Shown in pieces: positions 25,201-39,643 of a DNA stretch of 64,000 nt. This DNA is from Lingula anatina. Taxonomy: Eukaryota > Animalia > Brachiopoda. Below the pieces are notes generated by a model. It saw nothing but the letters and a program-made list of their open reading frames with translations, ran no database searches and was not told the origin of the DNA. How positions within the stretch are numbered: the first letter of the stretch is position 1; every line of letters starts with the position of its first letter. The position numbers were made by a program, and so were the translations under genes. Location of the stretch: positions 7,502,001 to 7,566,000 of the forward strand of contig CM120642.1 of assembly GCA_051362555.1 (NCBI GenBank), written 5' to 3'.

Positions 25201-28200
25201 TAAATTTGATTGTACCATATATATTTTTTGCAATAGTTTAAAAATTCTTGTTGATTGCATTTTTACAGCTTGTCAAGCACAAAACTGGTGGCTGTGTCCC
25301 TTATTTTGTGTATGTGGGGGTCTATACGAATGCGCTTGCTCCAGCTGGTGGTACAATATTCGGAGGCGGTATCGCCTCTCTGATCCTCTAGTTCATTTAG
25401 GCAATAAAAAAAGTTTCCAATGTGTAGTTGAATGCTTTTAATAGTTTTAGATAAGGGAGTTGGTCTTATGGATTTTTGCATTTTGAAGCATCAGAAACTA
25501 CCAGTTTCCCTTGATGGCATCATAACACTCTTGTAGTACTAAAAAAAAATGAAATTTTTCAGACAGGTAAAAGTTATTCTTAAGATTCCTAAGATGAATA
25601 TTGTAATGTTGCCTGTCTGTAAATATTTCTGTTAATAAGTAACATGTTTTTCTTCAGTAGCTTTTTTCCCTCTCTGTTCCTTTGGTGTGCTCCCTTTTTC
25701 TGTTTAACATGATTAAAGTGAACTTTTAATTGTATGCATATAGGCTTTTTTTAATGTGTTTATGGAAACTAATTCTTTTTTCCTTGTGTGTGGTTTGCTT
25801 GTCATCTGTTCTGTCTTGTTTTGTTCTGTCTTTTTTTTTTTCTTATCTTAGATCATATTAAAACTAATTTTGTGAATGTACTTTATTTAAACTAACACAT
25901 TTGATTTCTATGACTCACCAAGTCACTGGGATGTCATCACTTTTTGGTAACAAATCTATACTTATCCCTCTTTGGTGACAGGTCTCTTCTGCTGATTTAA
26001 TATTGACAGTATATAGAAAAAAGTTACATAATGAACTTCAGAATGCTTGGGTTATGGCAAGGTTGAATGAAAACAGCAGTTAACCCTTCTGTTAATGAAA
26101 TGAGATATATTATATGTAAAGCAAATATTTCAGTTTTGCCCCATATAGTGCAATTATGATTATGCATAAATATATTATTATTAATCGATTATTTAATTTA
26201 AATGCAATTTTTTTCATTGGTGACAGTTAACATAACTTTCAGAATGACCATTATTTATTGCAAATACTAACGTTTTATTTTATTATTTTTTTCTCCCTCT
26301 CTTTTATTTCCCATGTTTGTCTTGTGCCTATGTGTTGTGGTGTCCTTCACGTTTGCCCTTTCTGCTGCCCAAGCAGTCAGTTCAAATCTGGACTTTTAAA
26401 CACTAGGTACACTTTCTGCGAGAAGTGCTTCAATGAGATTCAAGGTGAAGATGTCGAGCTCTCTGACGACCCATCACAGCCAATTATGTGAGTAGAAATT
26501 GTTTTATCTTCTCATTCACTTTTTCTGCATTTGTTATACAGTTTGATTATTGTTATAAAATGGAGAGTAGGTGGAATATTTTTTTTCAAAGATTTCTGAT
26601 TTATACCAAATTAATTCTGACTTGGCAATACGCAAGTTTTAAGCCCATTTATGTTAATTTAAACGTTTTTATTGGAATTGCCAAATGATGGTCAACAACA
26701 CCTTTATCATATGAAAAATGCACCACTTTATCAATCATATCGGGATTAACTTATTCCATATTTTGAAGAAACTGCAAAGTTCCATAGCTTGAACTGTTCT
26801 AAATGCCATGTAGTATGCTTTTTCCTTTGTGATGAAAAGAAACAACCTAGTGCAGTAGGGCATGTGTTTTAGTGTGTCATGCTTCAACAGAGAACATTTA
26901 TTTTATAATAAACCATTACATTTTCAGTCGCATCAAGAAGGATCAATTTGTGAAGTTGAAGAACGACAATTTAGATTATGAACCGTGAGTGTTCCATGAC
27001 AGATAGCTGTAGTAACATTAATGCTGAGATATCTCATTATGTCTTGACTATAGAGTTGTTATTACCAGACACAGTGTATTGTATGTAATTAAATTGCCCT
27101 TCTATTAAAGTTATAAGGAATGATAGAGTTAAAGTTTTTTGTTTTAACCAGTTGACATTATCCAAAGGTTTAACGTGAATATATTTTGTTGTTGCGATGA
27201 TTACATCAATTTGAATGATGAAATTTGGGGGTGTGCTCATGTATCAATGTAATGATTAGACAATGGGGGAGGGAGGGCTGCCATCCTCAATCTATTAAAG
27301 ATATATTAATTTGTTAATCTTATTAGTAATATGTTAATTGCCATTTTTCATTTTCCACATCAGATTTATTGAGTGCAATGACTGTGGACGGAAAGTTCAC
27401 CAAATCTGTGTTACTCACATGGACACAATCTGGCCGAATGGATACACATGTGACAACTGTCATAAAGCTAAGGGGACACGGAGAAAAGAAAACAAATATA
27501 GCGCCAAAAGTAAGTTACTTACAGTTTGGGCCACAAACAGTCCAAGGAACTGGTAGTCTAAAGTAGTAATAGTGACAAGTAACTGTGCAAGTTTACACAT
27601 TTGTACTGGCATTTGGGAGTGGGGGCAGTGTTTAACATTATCTGTGGTTAGATGTTTACTTCTTTGCCTTAAATAAGATTGAACTCTGGATTTGTTCAGC
27701 ATGACTGTACACATTCAAACAATGAGACAAAATCATTCTTATCCTCATAAATACTTACACTTAAAATGTTGTATAAGTGTTATTCTGTGCTTTGCAAACA
27801 TAAATACCTGTTAGTCACAAGCATTATAGAAATTATAGCCTATTAAGAACCTTAATAGCAAAATTTATGTAGATTGGATAAAATGTTATTTATATATTTG
27901 TTTATTGATAGTTATGCACATATTGTGTACACACGTCTGCTGTTTGTTAACCTGTCTCTCTCTCTCTCTTTCCCCCATATCTAGAGCTTCCAAACACAAA
28001 ACTTGGTTTTTACCTGGAGAACAGAGTGAACAATTTCTTAAAGAAGAAAGATGTTGGTGCGGGTGAGGTGACCATTAGGGTGCTGTCAGCATTGGACAAA
28101 GTGGTGGAAGTGAAGCCAGGAATGAAGGCCAGGTGAGTGCTGCTCCAGACTGTGTTAGTTTAGGCATTAATTTAACCTTTTTATCATGATCAGTGCTGAG

Positions 28201-31200
28201 ATGAGTGTGCAGTGTTTTAGTGTAAGAAGAATGCCTTGGGGTGGGATTTAGTATGGATCAATTAACTTCGTGTTTGAGAGTTTATTTTGTTGAAGAAATA
28301 TCTGTTTTATTCAGAAGTGAGGGCCCTCCTCTGATTTGATCATATAAACAAACAAACAAACAAACAAAGATATAAAGATGCATTGATATATTGTCTGTAT
28401 TACTTTTCATTGTCTTCTTTGTTCTAGGTTTGGGAATGATATCCCAGATTCCTTCCCATACAGGACGAAAGCCATGTTTGCATTTGAAGAAATCGATGGC
28501 ACCGATGTCTGCTTTTTTGGGATGCACGTGCAGGAATACTCCTCTGACTGTCCTCAGCCAAATACAAGGTAAGCTTGACACATGGTTTGATATGGACACC
28601 ATGCTGAGGTCATTCTTTGGCATAAATATGGTTTTTAAAAGAACTGAAGAAAAGATGAACAATTTGTAAAATGCAGCTTTTCTGAAGCTAGTTGAAAGAG
28701 ACTAGTGTAAAAGCCAATAAACAGAAGTGCCTGGCATTAAGTTATAAGCCCTATGCAATCATATCAATTTTCTTTTGAAAAGCAAAACAATTTTGAATAA
28801 ATTCATTTGTATCATCACAAATCATACAAATATGAGTTGTGAACTGCATGTACAAGACGAGCTGAAAACATCTCAAAAAGTTTTGTCATTAGTCATGTCA
28901 TTTGTGACTCAACTGTTTAGAAATATAACAATTTAATGGGAATACATTTTTTTTCCAGGCGTGTGTACATATCTTACCTTGACAGTGTTCATTTCTTCCA
29001 ACCTCGCCAGTTCAGGACCGCGGTGTATCATGAAATCCTAATCGGATACCTAGATTATGTGAAGAGTCTGGGGTGAGTGACATAAAGAAAGATTTGCTTG
29101 CCAGCAGTTTTGAAATGCTTTTGTTTGGAGGTCTAAATAGTCTTCACTTTAACAACAAGACTGTACTCTTTTTCAGAAGGTTATTAGATATCTTAAAAAC
29201 TTCTTACTTAAAAATTTTTGGGAATTATTTAGCCTATTTAGACTGAAGTGAGCTGGGTGTGTGTTTCCAGGTACACCATGGCCCACATTTGGGCATGTCC
29301 GCCAAGTGAGGGGGATGACTACATCTTCCATTGCCACCCGGCGGAACAGAAGATTCCCAAACCCAAGAGGCTGCAAGAGTGGTATAAGAAGATGCTGGAC
29401 AAAGCCATCATTGAGAGGGTGGTCATAGATTACAAAGTAAGAACAATGGGATTATTGTTGGTGGTGTTTATCTCAACTTCAGATTCTTTTTAACTTCTTT
29501 TGATTTTTTTCTTTGTGAAAAAAAAAACAGTTAAAAAAATATTTGTTTATAGCAATGAATGTACATTATTTCATGTTTTCATGTCACAGTAATTATAGGA
29601 GATAATGGAGTTGCTTTGGTAATCATTTGCTTGTTTTTACATAGGATATACTAAAGGATGCAATAGAAAACAATATTCAGAGTGCCACTGAGATCCCGTA
29701 CTTTGAGGGAGACTTCTGGCCCAACGTGCTGGAGGAAAGCATTAAGGAGCTGGACCAGGAGGAAGAGGAAAGGGTGAAGAGAGAGGCGGCGGAGGCGGCT
29801 GCAGCAGCTGAAGATAGCGTGGATCTTGACCTAGATGGGGACGGTGCTGAGGTAGGTAGATGGGTAATACCCAGGGATGATACACCTAATTTACATTTTA
29901 CAGTCTGTGACACTGGAATCAGAGTATCAGTGATGTGGTCCAGTCCTTTTGAGAAACCTTGGCACTTAAATTGAGTGCAGTTAAGCTTCTTGCTCAATTA
30001 CTTTCTGTCCCAGAGTTAGTGGGGATCTTGTTAGTTGCCTGGGACTATAATCTCTGCTGCACAGATGAATTTCACTAGTGCTTCTTTTTCATACAACAGA
30101 TTTAAGTTGTCCATTTTAATGTGATATATAATGCTCTGTCCCTAGGGTGCTCAGGGTAAGAAAAAGGGGCAGAAGAACCAGAAGAAGAAAGCCAAGAACA
30201 CAAAGAGCAACCAACGCAAAAATGTGAAGAAGTCCAACTACCCACAAGGTGGCAGCGATCTCTCCGCCAAGCTGTTCCAGACAATGGAAAAGCATAAGGA
30301 GGTATGGCTAGAATGTTTTGGCATTGCTGTATTTTACTGTAACTCTATACCGGAGGACAAGAGTGCCAATGAAATATGCCCTGAAATTGAAGAAATGTAG
30401 AATTATGGGTGGCATGTATGTATATGGCGGCCAAACAGTAACATAGATATGTACACGCATGCAGTCTATAAAATAAAAGTACTTGATACTCAAGCAGCAC
30501 ATAACAGTGGGTGGGTGTGTTCTATACGGACTGGCTTGTGAAGAAAATTAACAGAGGTCTCAAGTAGATAATCTTGAAATACTTTTTCCCTATTGCTTCA
30601 TGAATGGAGATTTGAAGAATTTTGGCATGCTCTATTTTAGTATGCATGTTGAGTTTAGTGAAGATATAGAGGTGACAGATCTTATTTCTTTAATATCAGG
30701 TGTTCTTTGTGATCCGTCTCCACTCCGCCCAAGTGGCAGCTACATTGGGTCCGATTGTCGACCCTGATGGCATGAGCTCTTGCGACTTAATGGATGGACG
30801 CGATGCCTTCCTGACCATGGCAAGGGAAAAGCACTTTGAATTCTCCTCGCTAAGGAGAGCCAAATACTCTACCATGGCATTGTTGTATGAACTCCATAAC
30901 ACAGGCAGGGATAACTTTGTGTACACTTGCAACAACTGCAAGGCACAGGTGGAAACCAGATACCATTGCAGCATTTGTGATGTAAGTGCCCTACTTATAT
31001 GAATTATGCTAAACAAAGAAAAAATAAATGAAAGTTCTATTTATTTATTTATTTATTTATTTGTGCATTTTATTTCATTTTAAATTTTATTGTTAGCTCT
31101 GGTTTTTGTGTCAAAGGTTTGAGTGGTGTTATCCTGTTTTATGCAAGATTTTGCAGCAATTAAAAAGTTATTTGGACATTTGAATTTATTTTATTTATCA

Positions 31201-32384
31201 TTTTCTAACTGTAAACACAAACAACAAATATCTGCATTGTGTAATAGTCAATTATTTCCATGACTCATGGATTTCTGTATTTTTTCCATCTTCAGGACTA
31301 TGACTTGTGTATACAGTGCTATGAAAAAGATGGTCATGAACACAAGATGGACAAGTTGGGCTTGGATTTGGATGATGGTCCAGGTGATTCAGGAAAGCAG
31401 CAGAATCCCCAGGAGTCACGCAGGCTCTCCATTCAGAGGTGTATTCAGTCACTGGTGCATGCTTGTCAGTGCAGAGATGCAAACTGTCGCCTCCCTAGCT
31501 GCCAGAAAATGAAGCGTGTGGTGGCACACACAAAAAGCTGCAAAAGAAAGACTAATGGGGGCTGTCCTATTTGTAAACAGCTTATTGCACTCTGTTGTTA
31601 TCATGCCAAACATTGCCAGGAAACAAAGTGCCCTGTGCCATTCTGTTTGAATATCAAACACAAACTAAAACAACAACAACTTCAGCAAAGACTACAACAA
31701 GCTCAGATGATGAGAAGAAGAATGGCCTTAATGAACAGAGGTCCATCCACAATGCAGCAGTCCGTAAGTCAGACTCCAAGTATTCAACCCGCCCCGGCCC
31801 CTATACCTCAAACCACTTACAATGGATCAGGGGGAGGCAAACCCAGTGGCCCTCCACCAGGGGCGATGAGTGCCGCCCAACAGGCCCTGGTGCAGGCCCA
31901 ACGCCAGGCCGCGGTCCCTCCTTTTGGGAAGCCAACCACCATCAGTCAGCCTGGAATGCCCCCGCCTCAACCTCAAGTGAGTCAGATGAACCAACCCAGT
32001 CCAATGGGTATGCAGCAAGTTGCCAGCCCAATGCAAACTCAACAGCAACCACAACAGCAACCTCAACAGCCACAGCCAGGACAGCAGCAACAGCAGCAGC
32101 AGGGATTGCCTTCAATAAATCGCTGGTCGATGTACAATGTGAATCCAGGGGCGCGACAGCCACAACCAGGCCCCATGCAGCAGGGAGCTCAAGGAGGAAT
32201 GATGCATCCTCAAAACCCCAACATGCAGGGGCAAGCAGGGCTCACACAAAACCCACAGAGATCTGCTTTGCAGAAACTTTTAGAGACGCTGAAGTCGCCA
32301 ACGTCGCCGCAACAGCAGCAGCAGGTGCTGGCCATACTGAAATCAAACCCTCAACTTATGGCTGCTGTAATTAAGCAGCGTGCT

Positions 32385-32419
<35 letters not shown>

Positions 32420-33140
32420 GCAACAACAACAACAGCAGCAAATGCAAACGATGCCTGGAGGTCCGCCTCAAGGGTTATCAATACCACAACAACAGCAGTG
32501 GGTGCGTATGAGGCATATGCAGCAACAGCAGCAACAACAACAGCAACAGCAGCAGCAACAACAGTTTCAGCAGCCCCAGCCTCCACAGTTTGCTCAGCCC
32601 CAGAGGCCACGGATGGGCTACCCCCAACAGAACAGCTTTCAGGGAGAAGTGAGTCAGCAGATGCTGCAACAGTACCAGCAAAACCAGATGCTCCAAGCGA
32701 GACATCAACAGCAGGTGCAATACAAGCAACAGCTAGGGCCTATGAGCCCAGCACAGCAACAGTTGATTCAACAGGGGAACCCAGCTCAGCTTATGCAGCA
32801 GGTGCGCTCTCCCCCTTCTTCCCTGCCACAGACAGTGCGTTCTCCACAGCCAAATCTGTCGCCCCACCCCCAACCCACACCCTCTCCCAGGGGGGCGCAA
32901 CCATCCCCACATCATATTCCACCCACCCATTCCCCTCACCCCAACATGGGGGGCCCCTTAGACCAAATGAACACGGATCAGGTGATGCTTCCACAGATGC
33001 AAATGTCACAGCATGGCAATTTGTCACAGTTACAAAGTCCCCCCAACCCGGACATTAATGTGAACATGGGACAACAGGACAATAACATGGCTGAGCTCAC
33101 GGCTCAGGACAAATTACAGAGATACGTGGAGAGTTTATAG
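13223..33140 (+). CDS. CREBBP: CREB-binding protein / p300 histone acetyltransferase (KAT3), 23 coding exons
   Basis: Exons joined in phase at GT-AG sites: 13223-13304 ([15 protein letters not shown]), 13753-14660 ([10 protein letters not shown]), 17850-18078 and 18203-18316 (TAZ1: [22 protein letters not shown]), 18413-18586, 18931-19156 and 19415-19689 (KIX: [37 protein letters not shown]), 19973-20244, ~20405-20939, 21220-21338, 21616-21786, 22166-22323 (bromodomain/RING), 26377 or 26407-26487, 26928-26984, 27364-27509 (PHD), 27985-28132, 28428-28568, 28959-29072, 29271-29436, 29645-29851, 30146-30301, 30700-30981 (HAT: [42 protein letters not shown]; start of ZZ), 31296-33140 (ZZ, TAZ2, NCBD, Q-rich tail). 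Invertebrate co-ortholog of CREBBP/EP300. Confidence 0.98.
16717..16942. mobile_element. MITE family A copy 3 (CBP intron 2)
   Basis: Same core and TIRs; flanks AAA/TAA. Confidence 0.85.
22471..25391 (+). mobile_element. Non-autonomous Helentron / HINE-type element with internal satellite, in CBP intron 12
   Basis: 5' subTIR TATTGTACCACCAGC (22471-22485) with adjacent inverted repeat, then (GCCGGCTCC)n microrepeat, core and 146-bp tandem array. 3' subTIR GCTGGTGGTACAATA (25344-25358), hairpin GAGGCG-gtat-CGCCTC (25363-25378), end ..CTAG followed by TT; T-rich insertion context. Confidence 0.85.
23470..25200. repeat. 146-bp tandem satellite, about 12 copies with 292-bp dimer periodicity
   Basis: The marker TATCTCCAAAACTGGCAGAGATAGG recurs every 146 bp from ~23478 to ~25085. 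Near-identical spurious ORFs at 24018, 24310 and 24602 are spaced 292 bp apart. Confidence 0.97.
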
Positions 33141-33619
33141 CAGGTCCTATTAGTATGAGACGAATAAGAGAGAAAAAAGCAACTTCCAAATCCCCACATA
33201 GTAAGAGATGTTTTAACTTATGTACAAAGTGTGTAGAAAGTCAAAAAAACACAAGGACGTCGTTGTGTTTCTGTACAAAGTTTACTATTCACATTTTCAA
33301 GATGAATTTTTTCAAAAAACAAATGTTTTATTACTGCATAACAAATATTTTATTTTATAATAATAAAAAAGACAGGCATGGATATGATGAAAGAGGCTGT
33401 AAGATATTGGATTGTATATGCCCCCCATCATTTGCAACCATCATTTAGATATGATATAAAATGTTTTGTAAGAAAAAATATTAATATATGTGAGTGCATG
33501 AAATAAGGAGGAAGGTCCGGTCCGTCTTCTGGGCAGTCTAAAATGTTGGTTTGTACCGAAGGCATGTTGTAATGTAAGTAAATGATTATAATATTTTTCA
33601 CGAAAATTAGCTTAGCTAG

Positions 33620-34330
33620 GTTGAATAAAAATGATTTTATTATTATTATTTGATGAGTTTATGGCAGATAGTAGCTATAATTTTTAGCAGAATGTTTAGC
33701 CAGTGATTATTTTGAATCTCTGCCCCTCCCTTTTTTTCTTTTTATTTTATTATTATTGTGCCTCTTCGGACTTCCATGCAGCTTTTGTTAATTCTAGTTG
33801 AATATAGAATGAATCATGTCTGTACATATAGCGCACACAAAAATGTGTTCCATCTTGAATTCTCAAATAAATGTGTGCACATTTTCTATGTTAGAAACAA
33901 TTGTGGTGTTTTGTTTTATAATAAATGATGAATCCTTTCATAGTTACATTAAAATGCTTACTGCCTGAAGGAGACCTGGACAAGAATGAGTGGTTTTCAA
34001 TAAACTGGCTTTCAATCGAGGATAATTTTTGCAGACATTTGTGCATATTTGTTTTCTATGAAGTTGGCACACAGTAAAGTGGATCAATTTTCAAACTTCT
34101 GATAGTGGTTTGTGAACGAGTATCGGTAGTTTGTCTCATATAAAGTAGTGTGGAGCAAACTTTGGCAGTATAAAAATTTGCCATACTAGTAATTTAGAGC
34201 TTCCAAAAAACTTTTTAGCTGTACATACAAATTAAACTTGCAAAATCATTCCAGAAAACAGTTGAGCACGAAATGCTGGGTAAATGAAGAAAACCAAGGC
34301 AGAATACTGCAAATATGAATTTTATTATCA
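33620..34330. terminator. Convergent polyadenylation region of CBP and PDS5
   Basis: AATAAA on + at ~33624, ~33866 and ~33920, with GT/T-rich sequence nearby; AATAAA on - at ~34321-34326. Confidence 0.45.
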
Positions 34331-35846
34331 GTAAAAATGGCCAACCTTAACAACATTAGTACATCGTGGTAGTGAGCATTGTCACAACTAACACAACTAC
34401 GGCTGCACATTATGAAAGCTTATAATTCACAGATTTTCCCAAGAAGATGAGCCCAATTTGTGAACCCAAATGGAAAAAAAATTGACAAAATTTTTCTTCG
34501 TAAATGTAAGACACTGGGCCATGTAGTCTATATCTAAATATATTTAATTCAGTTGTAACTACTGACAATAACTATGAAATAAATGTTTAAAATCAGCAAC
34601 TTGTAAGAAGAGTCTATAAAACTGCATACAAACGTACTTTGTGTAATAAAAATCTGAACATTTACATATATACAAACATATGCACAAATTACAGTGGCCT
34701 TTCCACAAATTCATATACTCCTTTTTCATGTCATAAAAGTGGGGACACCTAACCTGAAAACTACTGGAAAGCTAAATTGAAGACACATTAACCAGAGGAT
34801 CCTCTTGATCTGTTGGTTTAATTTTCTCAGCAATTTAAGCATCAGAATATCACGCTTCTAATTGAGGGCATTTTTCAAAACACCAAGAATTTGTCCAGGT
34901 ATGTCAGAATGCATGCTATGGGTACAAACTTGGAAATCGAGGAGAATTTTGCAGCTCCAAGAAAATTCGAAAAGCATTTTGTAAATAACGACTACTGGTT
35001 TCGATAACTTTCATATACTGTTACCTTCTTTGGAAGGAAAAGGTGCTACTGTTTACTATACTATTGTTCAATGAGTAATTTTTTTATGAAGCCTGGCACT
35101 ATAAAAGACATTATCTTGGCCAATAGGTGCATATAACTAAATTGGTGCATCAATTTCATTTAGGCAGTGAATCCTGCATTAGACAAGAATAACCAGTAAC
35201 AGGAACAAAACTTGGAAGAAATACAAATCACATTCTTGCATAACATAAACACTTTGTGACTGAATAAAATTCCCAACACTTGGCTATTGCCAATGAAGTA
35301 GCTTAAATTTTTATTTTGATTGAGATTATTTCTACATATTTGACTAAAATTTAAAAAAATGATGTCTATTGTGCAGTTGGGCATAGGTATATCCAAAACT
35401 GCAAATCAAGCCGAGAAAGCTATCTCCACTTTTAATGTAAGCCAGGTTGTTCAGAATATATATTCTATGTCAAATATATACGAGTATAAAAAGCACCCAA
35501 CTTAAATTCTAGGAAAAAATTTTCTGACATAGTTGGATAAAGCAGGAGTTTAGTGGAACTACAATGTCCTGGACAATGGTTAAGGTCCAGTGCTTATGAC
35601 CACAATCTTTTACATGTTCTGTTATTTTTTCCCCAAGATGAACAAACACTTCTTTGCTATTCCAATGAACCATTTTCAATCTTCTTTTCCAGGTTTTCGT
35701 TTCTGTCTCATTTCACTTTTGGAAAAAAAATCTTCAATCTATTTGTATAATCACTGCTTGTGGACGTCAAAACATCTCTCTCCAAAGATAATCCTTGTTT
35801 CTTATTGTGAATAACCTTCCAGACTTTTTTTTTCTTAATCATAAAT

Positions 35847-36107
35847 TCATCTCTTTCTTTTCTGAGCCGCTGTCCTTCGCAAGCCCTGGAAAACAACAGA
35901 CACCACTTAACAACTCAAATTTGTCACATATTCTTTAAAACAGCTAGATCAATGATATCCTGCATGTATCCAAAGCTTTTATCTCTATGTCTAATTATGA
36001 AAACCACACAATAATGACAAGAACAATTGCATCAGAAATGAAAGTGGAACTTTTCACAAAATACTGATAATGTAAGCACCTGGGGTGCCCAATACTCATG
36101 CTATATG

Positions 36108-36161
<54 letters not shown>

Positions 36162-39100
36162 CATTTACCCTGGGAGACCTGGTGCCGTTCTCCACCGCAG
36201 CTGTCTCTATAGCCTTGGCCAGCTGAGCACTCCTCTTCCTGGGAGAAGGGGTGGAGTCCGTGGACGGGGTGCCCTGCTCCTCCCCATCTGAGGTGTTGCC
36301 GTTAGGAAGCCTGGCTCCTCTCCGCCTACACCAACACAGAATTGGTATAGAAAATGATTTTTAAAAAAACTGATAACATACACAAACCAAGACAGGATTG
36401 TTATAAAAAATGACAAAAATCCTGTTAAAATGCACATCTTTGCTGCGCTGTGACACAGGAATACATTTAAATTGAAAACCATAAAACATGGACTTTGGAG
36501 GTAAAAAAGGGTGGGTAATGAAAGGGGTTTAAAATGATTTAATATCATGCAAGAACCTTAGTTAAGTATGTCTTTTCTGCACTGTGAGATAAAGCATGAT
36601 CTGCCATAAATATCAACCAGATTTTTTTCCCCATTTTTAAAATCTTTGCAAGATTTCAAAAGAATCCGTTTTTGACTGCACATTAAAAAAGTTGTAAATC
36701 AGTTCACTTTAGGTGCTACTGCAATGTAAACTTACACGTTGCCTCTCATTGGATAGGACTTCTTGGGCATACTGGCCAGCGCCTTGGGAAGTTTCTTCTT
36801 TGGGGAAGAAGCAGAGGTGGAACCGGAGGACGGAATGTCATTATCATCATCATCAGTCTTTGCATTGCGGCTCCTATTTCAAAAGGGTAAAAAAATCAAA
36901 TAATTTTTTTAAAAAGTAAAAAATTAATCAAAAGATAAACTGATCTACATCACTACACACCAACTGGGCCACTTTTTACAAAATATGTAAACTTTATAAA
37001 CTTGATTTAGTGTACAGCACTGCACTTCATGTACAACATAGCATACATATAATATAATACCTGTTATATGAGTAATATAGATAACTTAACACAAACTTAT
37101 AGGTATAATATATGCATTAGAAAATGTCCCAAATTCAAATTTTCTATGTCTACATATCCTGCAAATCAATAATCTTTCCCAATTCATATCTTACAAATGA
37201 TAAAACCCTCAAAATGATAGTTCCTGATATCAATATTTCTTTCAAAAATGTACAGGAAGACGTGGTGTAAAAACACAGCCATATATTGTAAACTAAACTA
37301 TTTAATGAAAATCGTTATTAATCCAAGTTCAGCTTTAAAGCAAAAACTTGTGTGTAAATTTTTTTTTGGAGGAAATGCAATTTCAAATTGGCAAATTCAA
37401 AATCTCAAGAGGGATCCCTTTAAAAATCAAATCAACATAATAAAAACTTCTCCGAGTGCAACCTGTTCGTACCTTTTTGCTGGGGAGCCTTTCACTGGAG
37501 AAGAATCTGCCTGACGTTTGCGTTGCGATGACCTGGTACTGTCACTAGGGGCTTTTCTTGGCGAAGACCTGGTGCTGCTGACCTCTGATGGCGACGACAC
37601 TTTGCCATCAGAATTAACAGTAAAATCAGGACTCAAGTTCTTGGTTACTTTCCTGGATATACAATAAGTTATTTCACAAACACAAACATGGATATTTAAT
37701 GAAATTGGTTTCACATCAAAATATATATCATATATTTTTTGTGATAGCAAGGAGATATTTCTTCAAATTTCCCAGCTACAATGCAATTTGCAAGAATCAT
37801 AGCAAAAGTATATATTCTGGTAATGATCAAATGAGATCCACTTTTAGAAGCTCTATCTCAGCCATGGAAATTACTCCAGCAAGTAGAAAGTACTACAGTG
37901 TCTAGTTCTCAAGTTATTGTAGCAACATGACAATAACATAGAGATAGCGGTTTATATTTAGTACATATATATATAATAACAGTCTTTTTTTATCTTATCA
38001 TATCTTCTTTCCCAAAACAAGTTCGAACAAAACCATTTGAAACCTGGTAGTATTGTAACATACCTGATATTTTTGTTAATTGCTATCTTTTTTGCTGGTT
38101 TTGGCGATGAAGCAGGTGCTCCTCTTAATCTTTTCACTGGACTAGGTGAGGAAGCAGGCGAACCACGTCGAGATGACCTAATTCCAGGGCCCTCTGACCT
38201 TGGAGATGATCTTGATGACCTTGAACTAGATGCTGGACTAGCAGGCACTTTCCGTTTAAGTTTTGCCCCTATTGGTGTCTTTTTCAAAGTTTTGTTTGGG
38301 GACTTGTTTGCATTTGTTTTTGCCGGTCTACCTCTAACGGGTGACCTGACAGTTTTTTTGTCTGGTGACAAATTCTTGGCAGGAGACGGTGCTCCCTTAT
38401 TTTGAAGATTTTTATTTTTCAAGTCTGTCAGTTTTGTTTGTTTGTATTTTATACTTGTGTTCCCTTTTGTGTTGTCCATTTTCTTGACTGATTTCACAGG
38501 AGATTTAACAGGCGACTTGACTGCTGCTTTCCTGTAAGTTAAAATAACAAGTTATAATTTTTTCTTCCTTTCATTCAGATAAATACTCAATTTATTCAAC
38601 AAATAACTTTTTCTCCCCCCCCTTTTCTTTTAGTTCAAACAAACAAAATCATCTAATTCTCTCTTTTTTTTCAAAATTGAGTTTTAGAGAAGGAGAGTCC
38701 ATTTAACTGTCACTTCATTTACATTACAATTGCTTTCCTCACTTACTGAAAAGCCACCAAAACTAAGTTCAATTTAAAAACGAGCACCAACCTCCCTCTA
38801 CTTCTTGTCCCAGTCTCCTGTGACTTTTCTTCAACATCCTCTTCTTCCTCCTCATCTTCATCCTCCTCCTCTTCCTCAACTTCCTTTTCATCCTCTTCAA
38901 CCTTTTTCTTGGCCCCCTTCTTTCCACCACCTTTGCTGCTAGGTGTTTGTTTTTTGGCATTCCCTTTCTTGCTTGGTTCCTTGTTCTCCTTCACATTGGG
39001 GACAGGGGAAGCTTTACTGTCACCTTTGGCCTTTGTTTTGGCCTTCTTGTTGACCACTGGTGACTGGACTTTATTGTCCTGGGTTGTTGACAGGGCAATT

Positions 39101-39593
39101 GCTGGTTTCTTCTGCAATGACAGAAATATTTGAATGCAATGACCAAGAACAACTCATTGGTTTCTGCTGTGATAATAGCACGGATATTTTTTAAACATAA
39201 CCAGAAGCTTCTTTTTCATTGCCTGTATCCTCCCCTGGGAGGTGAGAACTTCTACAGTCATTCTGAATATCAGCATCAAAACATATGCCATGCATATTGT
39301 GATATGCTGTAAACTAAACATATGGTGGAGGGAGGCAAATAAGAAAAAGACACAATTTGTAGCACTTATAGGACTCCTGGCAATACAGCATGGGAAATCA
39401 AAGCTGTTACAAATGAAAGTCCAAGTTTAGAATATATATGGCATGTATTGCTCAGTACACAAATAAGAAACATTTTATTATAACGATTGATCCTAATCAA
39501 TATTTCTGTAAACTATATTCATCTATTTGTTTGATTCTTTGAACATGCATCAACATACACATGCATATTTGTATTTATAGATCTTTATCATCC

Positions 39594-39643
<50 letters not shown>

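Noticed and set aside
31595-33058. Overlapping alternative-frame ORFs (259 aa, 186 aa) and their match at 5288-6007
   Set aside because: Expected from CAG/CAA-rich coding sequence lacking stops in shifted frames; the similarity simply reflects the duplication.
5026-33140. Mini-CBP as natural antisense RNA or hairpin silencing CBP
   Set aside because: The genes are divergent and each would be transcribed in its own sense, so the mRNAs are not complementary; dsRNA would need read-through for which there is no evidence.
38037-39133. Plus-strand hydrophobic ORFs (122 aa, 74 aa)
   Set aside because: Antisense shadows of Lys/Ser/Pro-rich PDS5 C-terminal exons.
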